Assembly: GCA_965221775.1 (NCBI GenBank)
Contig: CBDCSU010000004.1
Location: 384,001-448,000 of the forward strand
Source: Candidatus Latescibacterota bacterium
GTDB taxonomy: Bacteria; Latescibacterota; UBA2968; UBA8231
Direction of reading: 5' to 3'
Length of the DNA: 64,000 nt
Shown here: positions 1 to 9,742 of the stretch, in pieces
Layout: each line of letters opens with the position of its first letter
How positions within the stretch are numbered: position 1 is the stretch's first letter
Position numbers and translations under genes: made by a program
The notes under the pieces: model-generated
Told to the model about the DNA's origin: nothing
Database searches by the model: none
Seen by the model: the letters and a program-made list of their open reading frames with translations, nothing else

Positions 1-773
1 GCGGTGTCCCCCAGGCGGGCGAGGTATTCACCGTCGTCCCCTCGGAGCGCGATGCCAAGGCCATCGTCACCAGGCGCCAGCAGATCAAGCGGGAGCAGGA
101 CGCCCGCAGGAGGAGCCTGACCCTCGGCGACCTGCAGCACCAGATCCAGGAAGGCCGCATCAAGGACCTCAACGTCGTGGTCAAGGGCGACGTGGACGGT
201 TCGGTGGAGGCGATCACCCAGGAGCTGGGCGGCATCACCCACGAGGAGGTGCGCATCGCCGTCATCCACGCTGCCGTCGGTCCCGTATCGGACAACGACG
301 TGATGCTGGCCTCGGCCTCGGGGGCGGTAATCATCGCTTTTCATGTGACCATCGAGAGTTCCGCGGCGGCCATGGCCGAGGAGAACGGCGTCGAGATCCG
401 CGAGTACAGCGTGATCTACGAGGTCGTGGAGGAGTTGAGGGCCGCCCTTGGCGGCCTCCTCGCCCCGAGCCTCGAGGAGCGCATCATCGGCACCGTCGAG
501 GTGCGCCAGCTGTTCTCCTCCTCCCGGGCCGGCAACATCGCCGGGTGCTACGTGCAGGACGGCCGGATCGCCCGCAGCAACTCGGTCCGGCTGCGCCGCG
601 AGGAAGAGATCGTCTGGGAAGGCCGCATCGCCTCGCTGCGGCGGTTCAAGGACGACGTGCGCGAAGTGCTCGAAGGTTTCGAGTGCGGGATCGCCCTGGA
701 GGGACACAACGATGTCCGCGAGGGAGACCTGATCGAGGCGGTGGACGTCGTCGAAACCGTGCGGACCCTGTAG
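1..773 (+). CDS. infB: translation initiation factor IF-2, C-terminal part (5' truncated by window)
   Basis: Frame open from position 3 (GVPQAGEVF...); KGDVDGSVEA, YSVIYE, IAGCYV, SLRRFKDDVREV..G.ECGI motifs of IF2 C1/C2 domains. Confidence 0.97.
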   Translation, partial: GVPQAGEVFTVVPSERDAKAIVTRRQQIKREQDARRRSLTLGDLQHQIQEGRIKDLNVVVKGDVDGSVEAITQELGGITHEEVRIAVIHAAVGPVSDNDVMLASASGAVIIAFHVTIESSAAAMAEENGVEIREYSVIYEVVEELRAALGGLLAPSLEERIIGTVEVRQLFSSSRAGNIAGCYVQDGRIARSNSVRLRREEEIVWEGRIASLRRFKDDVREVLEGFECGIALEGHNDVREGDLIEAVDVVETVRTL

Positions 774-791
774 AGTTGTCCCTCGGGTGCC

Positions 792-1073
792 GTGGTCGTT
801 CTGGTCAGCGAGGTGCAGTTGTATCTGCCCGACGCCCACTCCCTCAAGCAGAAGCGCCAGGTGCTCAACAGCATCAAGGAACGCCTGCACAACCGGTTTC
901 ACCTCTCCGTGGCGGAGATCGATCACGCCGATCTGTGGCAGCGCAGCACCCTCGGCATGGCCGTGGTGAGCAACTCCGGAAGGCAGGCCGACGAGGTTCT
1001 GGCCAAAGCGGTGAATTTCATCGAATCCGACGGTCGGGTGCAGATCATCGACTACACCATAGAGGAGCGCTGA
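792..1073 (+). CDS. DUF503 (YlxP-like) protein
   Basis: HSLKQKRQV...RF..SVAEI...DLWQR signature; canonical position between infB and rbfA. Confidence 0.9.
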   Translation: MVVLVSEVQLYLPDAHSLKQKRQVLNSIKERLHNRFHLSVAEIDHADLWQRSTLGMAVVSNSGRQADEVLAKAVNFIESDGRVQIIDYTIEER

Positions 1074-1075
1074 CC

Positions 1076-1459
1076 TTGGCAGGCACCCACCGCGTGCAGC
1101 GCGTGCGCCTGCAGTTGCTGCGGGAACTGGGCGAGATCGTGCGGCGGCTGCGGGACCCGCGCCTCGGGTTTGTGACCGTCATGGACGTGGAGATCCCCAG
1201 CGACGACCTGAGCCACGCCACTCTCTTCGTCAGCGTCCTCGGCGACGCAAGAGAGCAGGAGCATGCAATGGCCGCGCTGGAGAGCGCCCTCGGGTACATC
1301 CGCCGCGAGTTGGCCCGGCGGTTGACGATCCGGCACGTGCCCGAGCTCGCTGTCCGCTACGACCACACCTCGGAGCGCGCGGCCCGGGTCAACGCCATCA
1401 TCGACGGGCTGCCCGGCACCGGGGGCCGCACGGCGGAGGCTCCGCCGCCTCGTGGATGA
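1076..1459 (+). CDS. rbfA: 30S ribosome-binding factor A
   Basis: C-terminal part of ORF 545..1459; TTG start at 1076; RDPRLGFVTV, DLSHA, GYIRRELARRL.IRHVPEL...YD motifs. Confidence 0.93.
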   Translation: MAGTHRVQRVRLQLLRELGEIVRRLRDPRLGFVTVMDVEIPSDDLSHATLFVSVLGDAREQEHAMAALESALGYIRRELARRLTIRHVPELAVRYDHTSERAARVNAIIDGLPGTGGRTAEAPPPRG

Positions 1460-2346
1460 CCGTGGAGGGGACCGGGGGCGTCCTCGTCGTCGACAAGCCC
1501 ACCGGGCCGACGTCGCACGATGTGGTGGCCAGGACTCGCCGGGTCCTCGGGATCCGACGAGTCGGACACTGCGGCACCCTCGATCCCCTGGCCACGGGCG
1601 TTCTCGTCCTCTGCGTGGGCCCCATGACCCGGTTCAGCCGCTGGCTGACCGGCGGCGACAAGGAATACGAGGCCTGCTTCCGCCTCGGGGCGACCAGCGA
1701 TACCGACGACGCCCTCGGCGAGATCACCGAAACGCCTGGCGCGAAACCGATGCCGCGGAGCGGGATCGAAACCGTCCTGAAGCGCTTCCTCGGGGTCATC
1801 GATCAGGTGCCGCCCGAGCACTCGGCGGTGCGTGTCCGCGGCGTCCGCAGCTACCACCGGGCCCGGCGCGGAGAGGCCACGGGGCTGGTGGCGCGGCCGG
1901 TCCGCATCGACCGGTTCGAGATCACCGGCTACGAGCCGCCCCGGTTGCGCGTGCGGGTACAGTGCGGCCAGGGCACCTACATCCGCTCCCTGGCGCGGGA
2001 CCTGGGCCGGGCCCTCGGCTGTGGCGGCCTGGTGGAACAGCTGAGGCGCCTGCGCGTGGGTGCGCTGACGATTCGCGATGCCGTCGAATGGGCGGCCCTG
2101 GAGCGGCCGGCCGCGCCGGGCATGTTTCTGGACGCACGCAGGGCCTTGTGCGGAATCCTCGGCTTCGTCGAGATCGACGGGGGAAGGGCCGATTCCTTCT
2201 TCCATGGGCAGCCCGTACCGGTAGAGGCGTGCCCCGGAGAGAAGGCGGTCTTTCACGAGGCCGGTTTTCTCGGCGTGGGACAAGTCGACGAGGAGGGCCG
2301 ACTGCGCCCCCTCAGAGTGGTGGCCGAGTGGCCCGCCCTGCCATGA
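1456..2346 (+). CDS. truB: tRNA pseudouridine(55) synthase
   Basis: VDKP.G.TSHDVV, GHCGTLDPLATGVL (catalytic Asp), CGQGTYIRSLARDLG. Confidence 0.96.
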   Translation: MTVEGTGGVLVVDKPTGPTSHDVVARTRRVLGIRRVGHCGTLDPLATGVLVLCVGPMTRFSRWLTGGDKEYEACFRLGATSDTDDALGEITETPGAKPMPRSGIETVLKRFLGVIDQVPPEHSAVRVRGVRSYHRARRGEATGLVARPVRIDRFEITGYEPPRLRVRVQCGQGTYIRSLARDLGRALGCGGLVEQLRRLRVGALTIRDAVEWAALERPAAPGMFLDARRALCGILGFVEIDGGRADSFFHGQPVPVEACPGEKAVFHEAGFLGVGQVDEEGRLRPLRVVAEWPALP

Positions 2347-2753
2347 GCGGGCCTCCGAGGGCGCCGCGGCAGGACGCCGGCGGCCAGGGCCCTTCGGAGA
2401 TGACCCTGGAGGGCACCGTCGTCCGGGGCGAGGGCCGGGGCCGGCGGCTCGGGTTTCCTACCGCCAACCTGCGGGTTGCTGCCGGTACGGAGCCGCCGCA
2501 AGGCGTCTTCGCGGCCCGGGTCCATCGGGCCGGAGTCGAGTTCGCAGCCGTCGCCAACATCGGCACACGCCCGACCTTCGATGGACAGGAGGTCTCGGTG
2601 GAGGTGCATCTACTGGACTTCGAGGGAGACCTGTACGATGAGCGGCTGCGCGTCACCCTCGAACGCCGTCTTCGGGGCGAAAGGCGCTTCGACACGGTCG
2701 AGGAACTGCGGCGCCAGATCGCCGGAGATATCCAGCAGGCCCGTTCCCGATGA
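2343..2753 (+). CDS. monofunctional riboflavin kinase (RibF C-terminal domain only); start 2343 or 2400
   Basis: G.VV.G..RGR.LGFPTANL, NIG.RPTF, VEVHLLDF.GDLY, LR.ERRF motifs; no room for the N-terminal FMN adenylyltransferase domain after truB. Confidence 0.9.
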   Translation: MSGPPRAPRQDAGGQGPSEMTLEGTVVRGEGRGRRLGFPTANLRVAAGTEPPQGVFAARVHRAGVEFAAVANIGTRPTFDGQEVSVEVHLLDFEGDLYDERLRVTLERRLRGERRFDTVEELRRQIAGDIQQARSR

Positions 2754-2789
2754 GGGAGGGCTCACACAACAACATCGGAGGCAAGGACG

Positions 2790-3059
2790 TTGTCGATCAC
2801 CGCTGAACGCAGGAAAGAGCTGGTTGTGAAGTTCGGAGAGAAAGAGGCCGACACGGGGTCGGCGGCGGTGCAGATCGCCATCCTCTCCGAGCGCATCCGC
2901 AATCTCACCGAGCACCTTCGGGTGCACGGCCGCGACTTCGCCACCCGGCGCGGCTTGCTGAAGCTCATCGGGCGGCGGCGGCGCTTGCAGCAGTACCTGC
3001 AGGGGAAGTCGCCCGAGGCTTACGCGGCACTGATCAGGAACCTCGATCTGCGGCGCTGA
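2790..3059 (+). CDS. rpsO: 30S ribosomal protein S15
   Basis: DTGS..VQIA.L..RI..LTEHL..H..D...RRGLLKL.G.RRRL; 89 aa; precedes pnp. Confidence 0.97.
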   Translation: MSITAERRKELVVKFGEKEADTGSAAVQIAILSERIRNLTEHLRVHGRDFATRRGLLKLIGRRRRLQQYLQGKSPEAYAALIRNLDLRR

Positions 3060-3167
3060 AGTCCCTGGCGCCGAAGCCAGGTCCGGACACGAACGATCCG
3101 TCACCCTCCTTCTGCCAGGGATGGCGGGTCCCACCCAAGAACGCCACACAGGAAAGCACCGAGAGAG

Positions 3168-5243
3168 ATGACACACAAAGTCGAGATGGACTGGGGAGGA
3201 CGCACGCTCTCCCTGGAGAGCGGCAAGGTCGCCGCGAGAGCCAACGGAGCCGTGTGGGTCCGGTACGCGGACACCATCGTGCTGGTCACCGCATGCAGGT
3301 CCCATCGCGCCGAGGACAGAGGTTTTCTGCCCCTGACCGTGGAGTACCGCGAGAAGGCGTACGCCGCCGGCCACATTCCCGGGAACTTCTTCAAACGGGA
3401 AGGCCGCATGGGGGAGAAGGAAACCCTGAGCGCGCGGATGATCGACCACATGATCCGCCCCCTGTTCCCCAAGAAGTTCCCCCACGAGATCCAGGTCTTC
3501 GTCTCAGTCCTCTCTGCCGACGGCGAGAACGACGCTGACATCATCGGGATGGTCGGGGCCTCGGCGGCCCTTTGCCTCTCCGACCTCCCCTTCGAGGGGC
3601 CCATCGCCGCTCTCCGAGTCGGGCGCGTCGACGGCGATCTGATCGTCAACCCCACCCTCTCGCAACTCGAAGAGAGCGACATGGACCTCATCATCTCGGG
3701 TGACCGGGACAGCATCGGGTCCGTCGAAGGAGGCGCCGAGGAGATCTCGGAAGCCGCCCTCCTGGAGGCCCTCGAGTTCGCTCATGAGCACATCCAGGAG
3801 ATCCTCGATCTCCAGGAGGACCTCGCCGAGAAGGCGGGGCGCCAGAAGATGGAGTACTCGCCGCCGGTCATCGACGCCGAGTTGGTGAAGGCGGTGGAGG
3901 CAGCCGCCGCGCAGCGGATCTCCGAGGCGAACCGCTGCGGAGACCGCGACAAGCGCGGCACCCTGATCGAGCAGATGGAAGCCGAGGTCGCCGCCGAGTT
4001 GGAGGAGCGTTTCCCCGACTCGGGCAAGGCCATCGGCGAATTGCTCTACGACATGACCAAGGCGGACATGCGTAGAATGGTGCTGAGCGAGCAGCGCCGC
4101 ATCGACGGCCGCAAGCTCGACGAGGTCCGGGAGGTGACCTGCGAGGTCGGAGTCCTGCCCCGGGCGCATGGCTCGGCCCTGTTCACCCGGGGCCAGACCC
4201 AGGCCCTGTGCACCTCGACCTTGGGGAACAAGTTCGACGAGAGGATGATCGAGGACCTGCGGGGCAAGGCCTTCAAGTCCTATTACCTCGACTACAACTT
4301 CCCCTCCTACAGCACCGACGAGGTCTCCTTTCCCAGGGGTCCCGGGCGGCGGGAGATCGGGCACGGCCACCTGGCCGAGCGGGCCCTGGAGCCCGTGGTC
4401 CCGGTGGTGGAGTCCTTCCCGTACACCGTCCGGCTGGTCTCCGACATCCAGTCATCCAATGGATCCACGTCGATGGCCACCGTGTGCGGCAGCTCCCTGG
4501 CCCTCATGGACGCCGGCATCCCGATCAAGTCCGCCGTCACCGCTTCCGGCGTCGGTCTCATCAGCGAGGGGGAGGAGTACGCCATCCTCACCGACATCCT
4601 CGGCGACGAGGACTTTCTCGGCGACATGGATCTGAAGGTGGCGGGCACCGAGGAGGGGATCACGGCGGTGCAGATGGAGAACAAGATCGCCGGCATCCGC
4701 CTCGAGATTCTGGAGGAAGCCCTCGAGCGGGCCCGCGCGGGGCGCATGCACATCCTCGATGTCATGAACGCCTGCATCGACACCCATCGGGCCGAGCTGT
4801 CCCGCCACGCGCCGCGTATCGAGTTCCTCAAGATCGACCAGGAGAAGATCGGCGCCGTCATCGGCCCGGGGGGCCGGACGATCCGCGAGATCGAGAAGAG
4901 CGGCGCCAGCGTCAGTGTCGAGGACGACGGCACGATCACCATCTCCGCCGTCGAGGCGGAGGCCGCGGACCAGGCGCGGGGGATGATCGAGGCGGTCACG
5001 GCGGAGGCCGAGATCGGCGCCGAGTACGAGGGCACGGTGAAGCGGATCATGCCCTTCGGCGCCTTCGTCGAGATCCTTCCCGGCAAGGAGGGGTTGCTCC
5101 ATATCTCCGAGCTCGACCACCGCCGCGTCGACACGGTGGAGGACGTCGTCGCCGAGGGAGACCAGGTGGCGGTGAAGGTTCTCGACATCGACAACGCCGG
5201 CAAGATCCGGCTCAGCCGCAAGGCGATGCTGCCGAGGAGCTGA
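3168..5243 (+). CDS. pnp: polyribonucleotide nucleotidyltransferase (PNPase)
   Basis: [47 protein letters not shown], then KH and S1 domains. Confidence 0.98.
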   Translation: MTHKVEMDWGGRTLSLESGKVAARANGAVWVRYADTIVLVTACRSHRAEDRGFLPLTVEYREKAYAAGHIPGNFFKREGRMGEKETLSARMIDHMIRPLFPKKFPHEIQVFVSVLSADGENDADIIGMVGASAALCLSDLPFEGPIAALRVGRVDGDLIVNPTLSQLEESDMDLIISGDRDSIGSVEGGAEEISEAALLEALEFAHEHIQEILDLQEDLAEKAGRQKMEYSPPVIDAELVKAVEAAAAQRISEANRCGDRDKRGTLIEQMEAEVAAELEERFPDSGKAIGELLYDMTKADMRRMVLSEQRRIDGRKLDEVREVTCEVGVLPRAHGSALFTRGQTQALCTSTLGNKFDERMIEDLRGKAFKSYYLDYNFPSYSTDEVSFPRGPGRREIGHGHLAERALEPVVPVVESFPYTVRLVSDIQSSNGSTSMATVCGSSLALMDAGIPIKSAVTASGVGLISEGEEYAILTDILGDEDFLGDMDLKVAGTEEGITAVQMENKIAGIRLEILEEALERARAGRMHILDVMNACIDTHRAELSRHAPRIEFLKIDQEKIGAVIGPGGRTIREIEKSGASVSVEDDGTITISAVEAEAADQARGMIEAVTAEAEIGAEYEGTVKRIMPFGAFVEILPGKEGLLHISELDHRRVDTVEDVVAEGDQVAVKVLDIDNAGKIRLSRKAMLPRS

Positions 5244-5277
5244 CCTTCGGAAGAGGCGGCGCGACAGGCGCGGAAAG

Positions 5278-5327
5278 AAGACTACCGAAGCTCGCGGCAG
5301 GCCCTCGGCATCGGTAGTCTTTCTGTT
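5278..5327 (+). terminator. stem-loop downstream of pnp (possible terminator or processing site)
   Basis: 11-bp inverted repeat AAGACTACCGA (5278-5288) / TCGGTAGTCTT (5311-5321) followed by TCTGTT. Confidence 0.45.
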
Positions 5328-5343
5328 GAAGGAGTGGACGATC

Positions 5344-6672
5344 GTGGGTGACGACCGTTCAGCACAGCCGGACGTGACCATCTGCCGGGTCGCCGAGATC
5401 GCGGAGAGGGAAGGGGAACGCGTGCAGCTCTCCGGCTGGATCTACAACAGCCGCTCCAGCGGCAAGCTTCACTTCCTGCAGGTGCGCGACGGCTCCGGCA
5501 TCGTCCAGTGTGTCATCTTCCAGGGAGAGGTGGCGCCGGAGGTCTTCACAGGGTGCCATCAACTGCCCCAGGAGACGGCGGTGGTCGTACGGGGCCGGGT
5601 GCGCGCCGATCCGCGTTCGCCCCTCGGTTACGAGGTGGGGGTGGAGGACCTGGAGGTGGTCCATCGGTCCGAAGAGTACCCCATCTCGCCCAAGGAGCAC
5701 GGCGTCGCTTTTCTGCTGGAGCATCGCCACCTGTGGCTGCGCTCGGTGCGTCCCAACGCCGTGCTGCGGGTGCGCGCCGTGGTCATCGACGCCTGCAGGG
5801 AGTACATGCGGCGCGAGGGCTTCCTCCTCATCGACGCCCCGGTCCTCACCCCCGCCGCCTGTGAGGGAACGACCACCCTCTTCGAGACCGACTACTTCGG
5901 CGAGACGGCCTACCTCACCCAGAGCGGCCAGCTCTACATGGAGGCTGCGGCCATGGCCTTCGGCAAGGTATACTGCTTCGGCCCCACCTTCCGCGCCGAG
6001 AAGTCGAAGACGCGGCGCCACCTCACCGAGTTCTGGATGATCGAACCCGAGATGGCTTACTGCGATCTGGCGGGCAACATGGAGGTCGCCGAGGGGTTGG
6101 TGACGCACGTGGTGCGAAGGGTCCTCGCCGAGTGCCGGCACGACCTCGAGGCGTTGGAACGCGACCCGGCGCCCCTGGAACGGACCGCCGAGGGACAGCC
6201 TTTCCCGCGGATCTCCTACGGGGAGGCGATCGAGATCCTGCGCGAGGAAGGAAGCGATCTGCCCTGGGGAAGCGATCTCGGCGGCGACGACGAGACCCTG
6301 CTGTCGAAGCGCTTCGATCGGCCCGTCCTCGTGCATCGCTATCCGGCGCAGGTGAAGGCCTTCTACATGAAGTCCGATCCCGAGGACCGGCGCCTCGCCC
6401 TGTGCGTGGACATGATCGCTCCCGAGGGATACGGTGAGATCATCGGCGGCGGCCAGCGCGAGGACGACCTGCGGGTCCTCGAAACACGCATCGCCGAGCA
6501 CGGGCTCCCAGCCGAGGCCTTCGCCTGGTACCTCGACCTGAGGCGCTACGGCTCCGTGCCCCATGCCGGCTTCGGCATGGGCATCGAGCGCGTCGTGGCG
6601 TGGCTGTGCGGCACCCGGCACGTGCGCGAGACGATTCCCTTTCCCAGAACCCTGCAGAGGCTGTACCCCTGA
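5344..6672 (+). CDS. asnS: asparagine--tRNA ligase
   Basis: OB-fold (GW..N.RSSGKL.FL..RDGSG), [54 protein letters not shown]; GTG at 5344 follows AAGGAG. Confidence 0.95.
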   Translation: MGDDRSAQPDVTICRVAEIAEREGERVQLSGWIYNSRSSGKLHFLQVRDGSGIVQCVIFQGEVAPEVFTGCHQLPQETAVVVRGRVRADPRSPLGYEVGVEDLEVVHRSEEYPISPKEHGVAFLLEHRHLWLRSVRPNAVLRVRAVVIDACREYMRREGFLLIDAPVLTPAACEGTTTLFETDYFGETAYLTQSGQLYMEAAAMAFGKVYCFGPTFRAEKSKTRRHLTEFWMIEPEMAYCDLAGNMEVAEGLVTHVVRRVLAECRHDLEALERDPAPLERTAEGQPFPRISYGEAIEILREEGSDLPWGSDLGGDDETLLSKRFDRPVLVHRYPAQVKAFYMKSDPEDRRLALCVDMIAPEGYGEIIGGGQREDDLRVLETRIAEHGLPAEAFAWYLDLRRYGSVPHAGFGMGIERVVAWLCGTRHVRETIPFPRTLQRLYP

Positions 6673-6675
6673 TCG

Positions 6676-9615
6676 ATGGCAAAGACGGCTGACCACCCCG
6701 GCTCGGCGGGATCCTACGACTTCCAGCGCATCGAGAAGCGCTGGCGCGAGCACTGGATCGCCGAGGGCACGTACCGCACCGCCGGCCCGGGAGAGGAGGG
6801 CTACGACCCGGAGCAGCCGCGGTGCTACATCCTCGACATGTTCCCTTACCCCAGCGGTGAGGGCCTGCACATCGGCCACCCGAAGGGCTACATCGCCTCC
6901 GACATCTACAGCCGCTTCAAACGCATGGCGGGATACAACGTCCTGCATCCCATGGGGTTCGACAGTTTCGGCCTACCCGCCGAGCAGTATGCCATCGAGC
7001 ACAACGTCCATCCCGCCGTCTCCACCGATCAATGCGTCGACCGCATCCGCGCCCAGCTGCAGTACCTGGGCCTCGGCTACGACTGGGACCGGGAGATCTC
7101 CACCTCCCACGAGGACTACTACCGCTGGACCCAATGGATCTTCCTGCAGCTCTTCGACAGCTGGTACGACCCGGAGCTGGCGTGGCGCGACGACTCGGGG
7201 CGGTCCGTCCGCGGGCGGACCCGCCCGATCTCCGAGCTCGTGGATTCCTTCGAGAGGGGAGAGCGGCGGATCACGGACCAGGACCGGCGGTCCCTGCAGG
7301 GACGCCCCGGGGGCGCCGTGGAGGCCGGGTGGCAGGAGCTGTCCGAGGCGCAGCGCCAGGCGGTCCTGAACAACTACCGCATGGCCTACCAGAAGGAGGT
7401 CACCGTCAACTGGTGCCCCGGCCTCGGCACGGTCCTGGCCAACGAGGAGGTCACCGCCGAGGGTTGCAGCGAGATCGGCGACCACCCGGTGTACAGGCGG
7501 CCGCTGAAGCAGTGGATGCTGCGCATCACCGCCTTCGCCGAGCGGCTCCTGGAGGACCTCGATGCGGGGGCCCTGCCCGACGGCCGCGGCGGCACCTTTG
7601 CCCTCAACTGGCCGGAGTCGATCAAGCAGATGCAGCGCAACTGGATCGGCCGCAGCGAGGGCGCCGAGGTCCGCTTCGACGTGCTCGACGCCTCGGGCCG
7701 CGCCCGATCCAGCCTGGAGGTCTTCACCACCCGCCCCGATACCCTCTTCGGAGCCACCTTCATGGTCGTGGCGCCCCAGCATCCCCTGTTGTCGGAGGGC
7801 GACCAGATTCCGGAGGCCTGGCCGGAGGACACGCCTGGCGCCTGGAGGGGGGAGCCGGGAGCCTCCTCGCCCAGGGAAGCCGTGTCCCGCTACGCGGCCC
7901 AGGCGGCTCAATCCGCCTTCTCGGCGGCCGGGCAGGACCAGGAGAAGAGCGGGGTCTTCACGGGGATCTTCGCGCGCCGCCCCATGGACGGGCAGCGCAT
8001 CCCGGTCTTCACCGCCGACTATGTGAGCATGGACTACGGCACCGGAGCGATCATGGCCGTCCCCGCCCACGACGACCGGGACTACGCCTTCGCCCACAAG
8101 TACGGGATCCCGGTCATCGAGGTCGTCGAGCCGCCCCCGGAGGCGGCCGGCACCTCTCCCTATACGGGGGATGGAAGGTCGATCAACTCGCCCGGCGCAG
8201 GGGCCGGCGATCCCGCAAGCGGCAGCCCCTTTTCGATCTCGGGTCTGGCCACGGCCGAGGCGAAATCGCGCATGGTCGGCGCCCTGGAAGCGGCCGGCGT
8301 GGGCCGAAGGGCGGTCACCTGCCGCCTGCGTGACTGGGTGTTCTCGCGCCAGCGCTATTGGGGAGAGCCGTTCCCCCTGGCCACCCATCCCGACGGCTAC
8401 ACGGTGACCACCGGCCTGCCCGTGGTCCTCCCCGAACGAGAGGACTTCCGGCCCAGTACCTCGGATGATCCCGACACCCCGGTCACTCCGCCCCTCGGGC
8501 GGGCGGGCAGGGAGTGGACCCAGGTGGCGGTGGGGGGAACCCTCTGCGACCGCGAGCTCAACGTCATGCCCCAGTGGGCGGGATCGTGCTGGTACTTCCT
8601 GCGCTTCATCGATCCCCACAACGACGGAGCCTTCTGCGATCCGGAGAAGGAGAAGAGCTTCATGCCCGTCGATCTCTACATCGGCGGCGCCGAACACGCG
8701 GTGCTCCACCTGCTCTACGCCAGGTTCTGGCACAAGGCGCTCTTCGATCTGGGGCACGTGAGCTCCCCGGAGCCCTTCAAGAAGCAGTTCAGCCAGGGCA
8801 TGGTCACCGCCGACGCCTTCACCGACGACCGGGGGGTGTACATCGACATCCGCCAGGTCGCTTTCGACGGCGACGGCGAGCCCATCCACGCGCAGACCGG
8901 GCAGCGGCTGTCGAGACAACGGGGGAAGATGGGGAAGCGCTACAAGAACGGACTGCCCCCGGAAGAGGTAGGGGAGGAGTTCGGCGTCGATACCCTGCGG
9001 CTGTACGAGATGTACATGGGGCCCCTGGAGCAGAGCGCCCCGTGGAGCATGGAGGGGATCCGCGGCATGCAGCGGGTCCTGCAGCGGATCTGGAGAAACC
9101 TCGTCGCCCAGGACGGGAGCGCAAAGATCGACGACGGCAACGCCCCGGAGGAACTGCGCAGGCTGCTCCACCGGACCATTCGACGGATCACCGCCGACCT
9201 GGAGGGCCTGCGCTTCAACACCGCCATCGCCGGCCTCATCGAGCTCAACAACGAGTTGGTCTCACTCGAGAGAGTCCCGGTCAAGGTGGCGCGAACGCTC
9301 ATCCTCCTCCTGCATCCACTGGCCCCTCATCTTGCGGAAGAGCTGTGGGAGCGTTGCGGTTTCGGCTCCGGAGATCTCTCCGGCCAACCCTGGCCCGAAT
9401 TCGACGAAGCCCTGACCCGCCGGGAGACGATCCTCCTTCCGGTGCAGGTCAACGGCAAGGTCCGCGCCACGGTCGAGGTACCCGCTTCGACCTCCGAGGA
9501 GGAGGTGAGGGAGCATGTCCTCGGCCTGGACAACATCAAGCGGTACTTGCCCGACTCCGGCGAGATCAAGCGCATGATCCTCGTCCCGGGCAGGATCGTG
9601 AACATCGTAGTCTGA
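6676..9615 (+). CDS. leuS: leucine--tRNA ligase
   Basis: MFPYPSG.GLHIGH, FTTRPDT editing motif, GTGAIMAVPAHD, RLRDW.FSRQRYWG, YIGGAEHAVLHLLY, VQVNGKVR. Confidence 0.97.
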   Translation: MAKTADHPGSAGSYDFQRIEKRWREHWIAEGTYRTAGPGEEGYDPEQPRCYILDMFPYPSGEGLHIGHPKGYIASDIYSRFKRMAGYNVLHPMGFDSFGLPAEQYAIEHNVHPAVSTDQCVDRIRAQLQYLGLGYDWDREISTSHEDYYRWTQWIFLQLFDSWYDPELAWRDDSGRSVRGRTRPISELVDSFERGERRITDQDRRSLQGRPGGAVEAGWQELSEAQRQAVLNNYRMAYQKEVTVNWCPGLGTVLANEEVTAEGCSEIGDHPVYRRPLKQWMLRITAFAERLLEDLDAGALPDGRGGTFALNWPESIKQMQRNWIGRSEGAEVRFDVLDASGRARSSLEVFTTRPDTLFGATFMVVAPQHPLLSEGDQIPEAWPEDTPGAWRGEPGASSPREAVSRYAAQAAQSAFSAAGQDQEKSGVFTGIFARRPMDGQRIPVFTADYVSMDYGTGAIMAVPAHDDRDYAFAHKYGIPVIEVVEPPPEAAGTSPYTGDGRSINSPGAGAGDPASGSPFSISGLATAEAKSRMVGALEAAGVGRRAVTCRLRDWVFSRQRYWGEPFPLATHPDGYTVTTGLPVVLPEREDFRPSTSDDPDTPVTPPLGRAGREWTQVAVGGTLCDRELNVMPQWAGSCWYFLRFIDPHNDGAFCDPEKEKSFMPVDLYIGGAEHAVLHLLYARFWHKALFDLGHVSSPEPFKKQFSQGMVTADAFTDDRGVYIDIRQVAFDGDGEPIHAQTGQRLSRQRGKMGKRYKNGLPPEEVGEEFGVDTLRLYEMYMGPLEQSAPWSMEGIRGMQRVLQRIWRNLVAQDGSAKIDDGNAPEELRRLLHRTIRRITADLEGLRFNTAIAGLIELNNELVSLERVPVKVARTLILLLHPLAPHLAEELWERCGFGSGDLSGQPWPEFDEALTRRETILLPVQVNGKVRATVEVPASTSEEEVREHVLGLDNIKRYLPDSGEIKRMILVPGRIVNIVV

Positions 9616-9666
9616 CGCGGCGAGGCCCCACCCCTGGGACTTCGTGGTGGCAGGCTGCCCAGGAAT

Positions 9667-9694
9667 GGGACACATAAGTAACTTTATGTCTATT
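9667..9694. other. dif-like recombination site 1 (11-6-11)
   Basis: GGGACACATAA GTAACT TTATGTCTATT: TAA-N6-TTA core with ACATAA/TTATGT inner symmetry, resembling E. coli dif GGTGCGCATAA TGTATA TTATGTTAAAT; AT-rich island in GC-rich DNA. Confidence 0.65.
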
Positions 9695-9742
9695 TCCGGT
9701 CTCACCTGGGCGCGGAAAGCCCCCCGGCGAACAGGGAAGCCA

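Noticed and set aside
545-1459. Apparent long N-terminal extensions or fusions on rbfA, mutL, hprK, rsgA, prs, ychF and gcvT in the ORF track
   Set aside because: Artefacts of taking the first start codon in open GC-rich frames; the real starts lie at the overlaps with upstream stop codons.
3060-3167. Hairpin in the rpsO-pnp spacer
   Set aside because: Stem-loops here are expected (pnp leader processing); nothing distinguishes it as novel.
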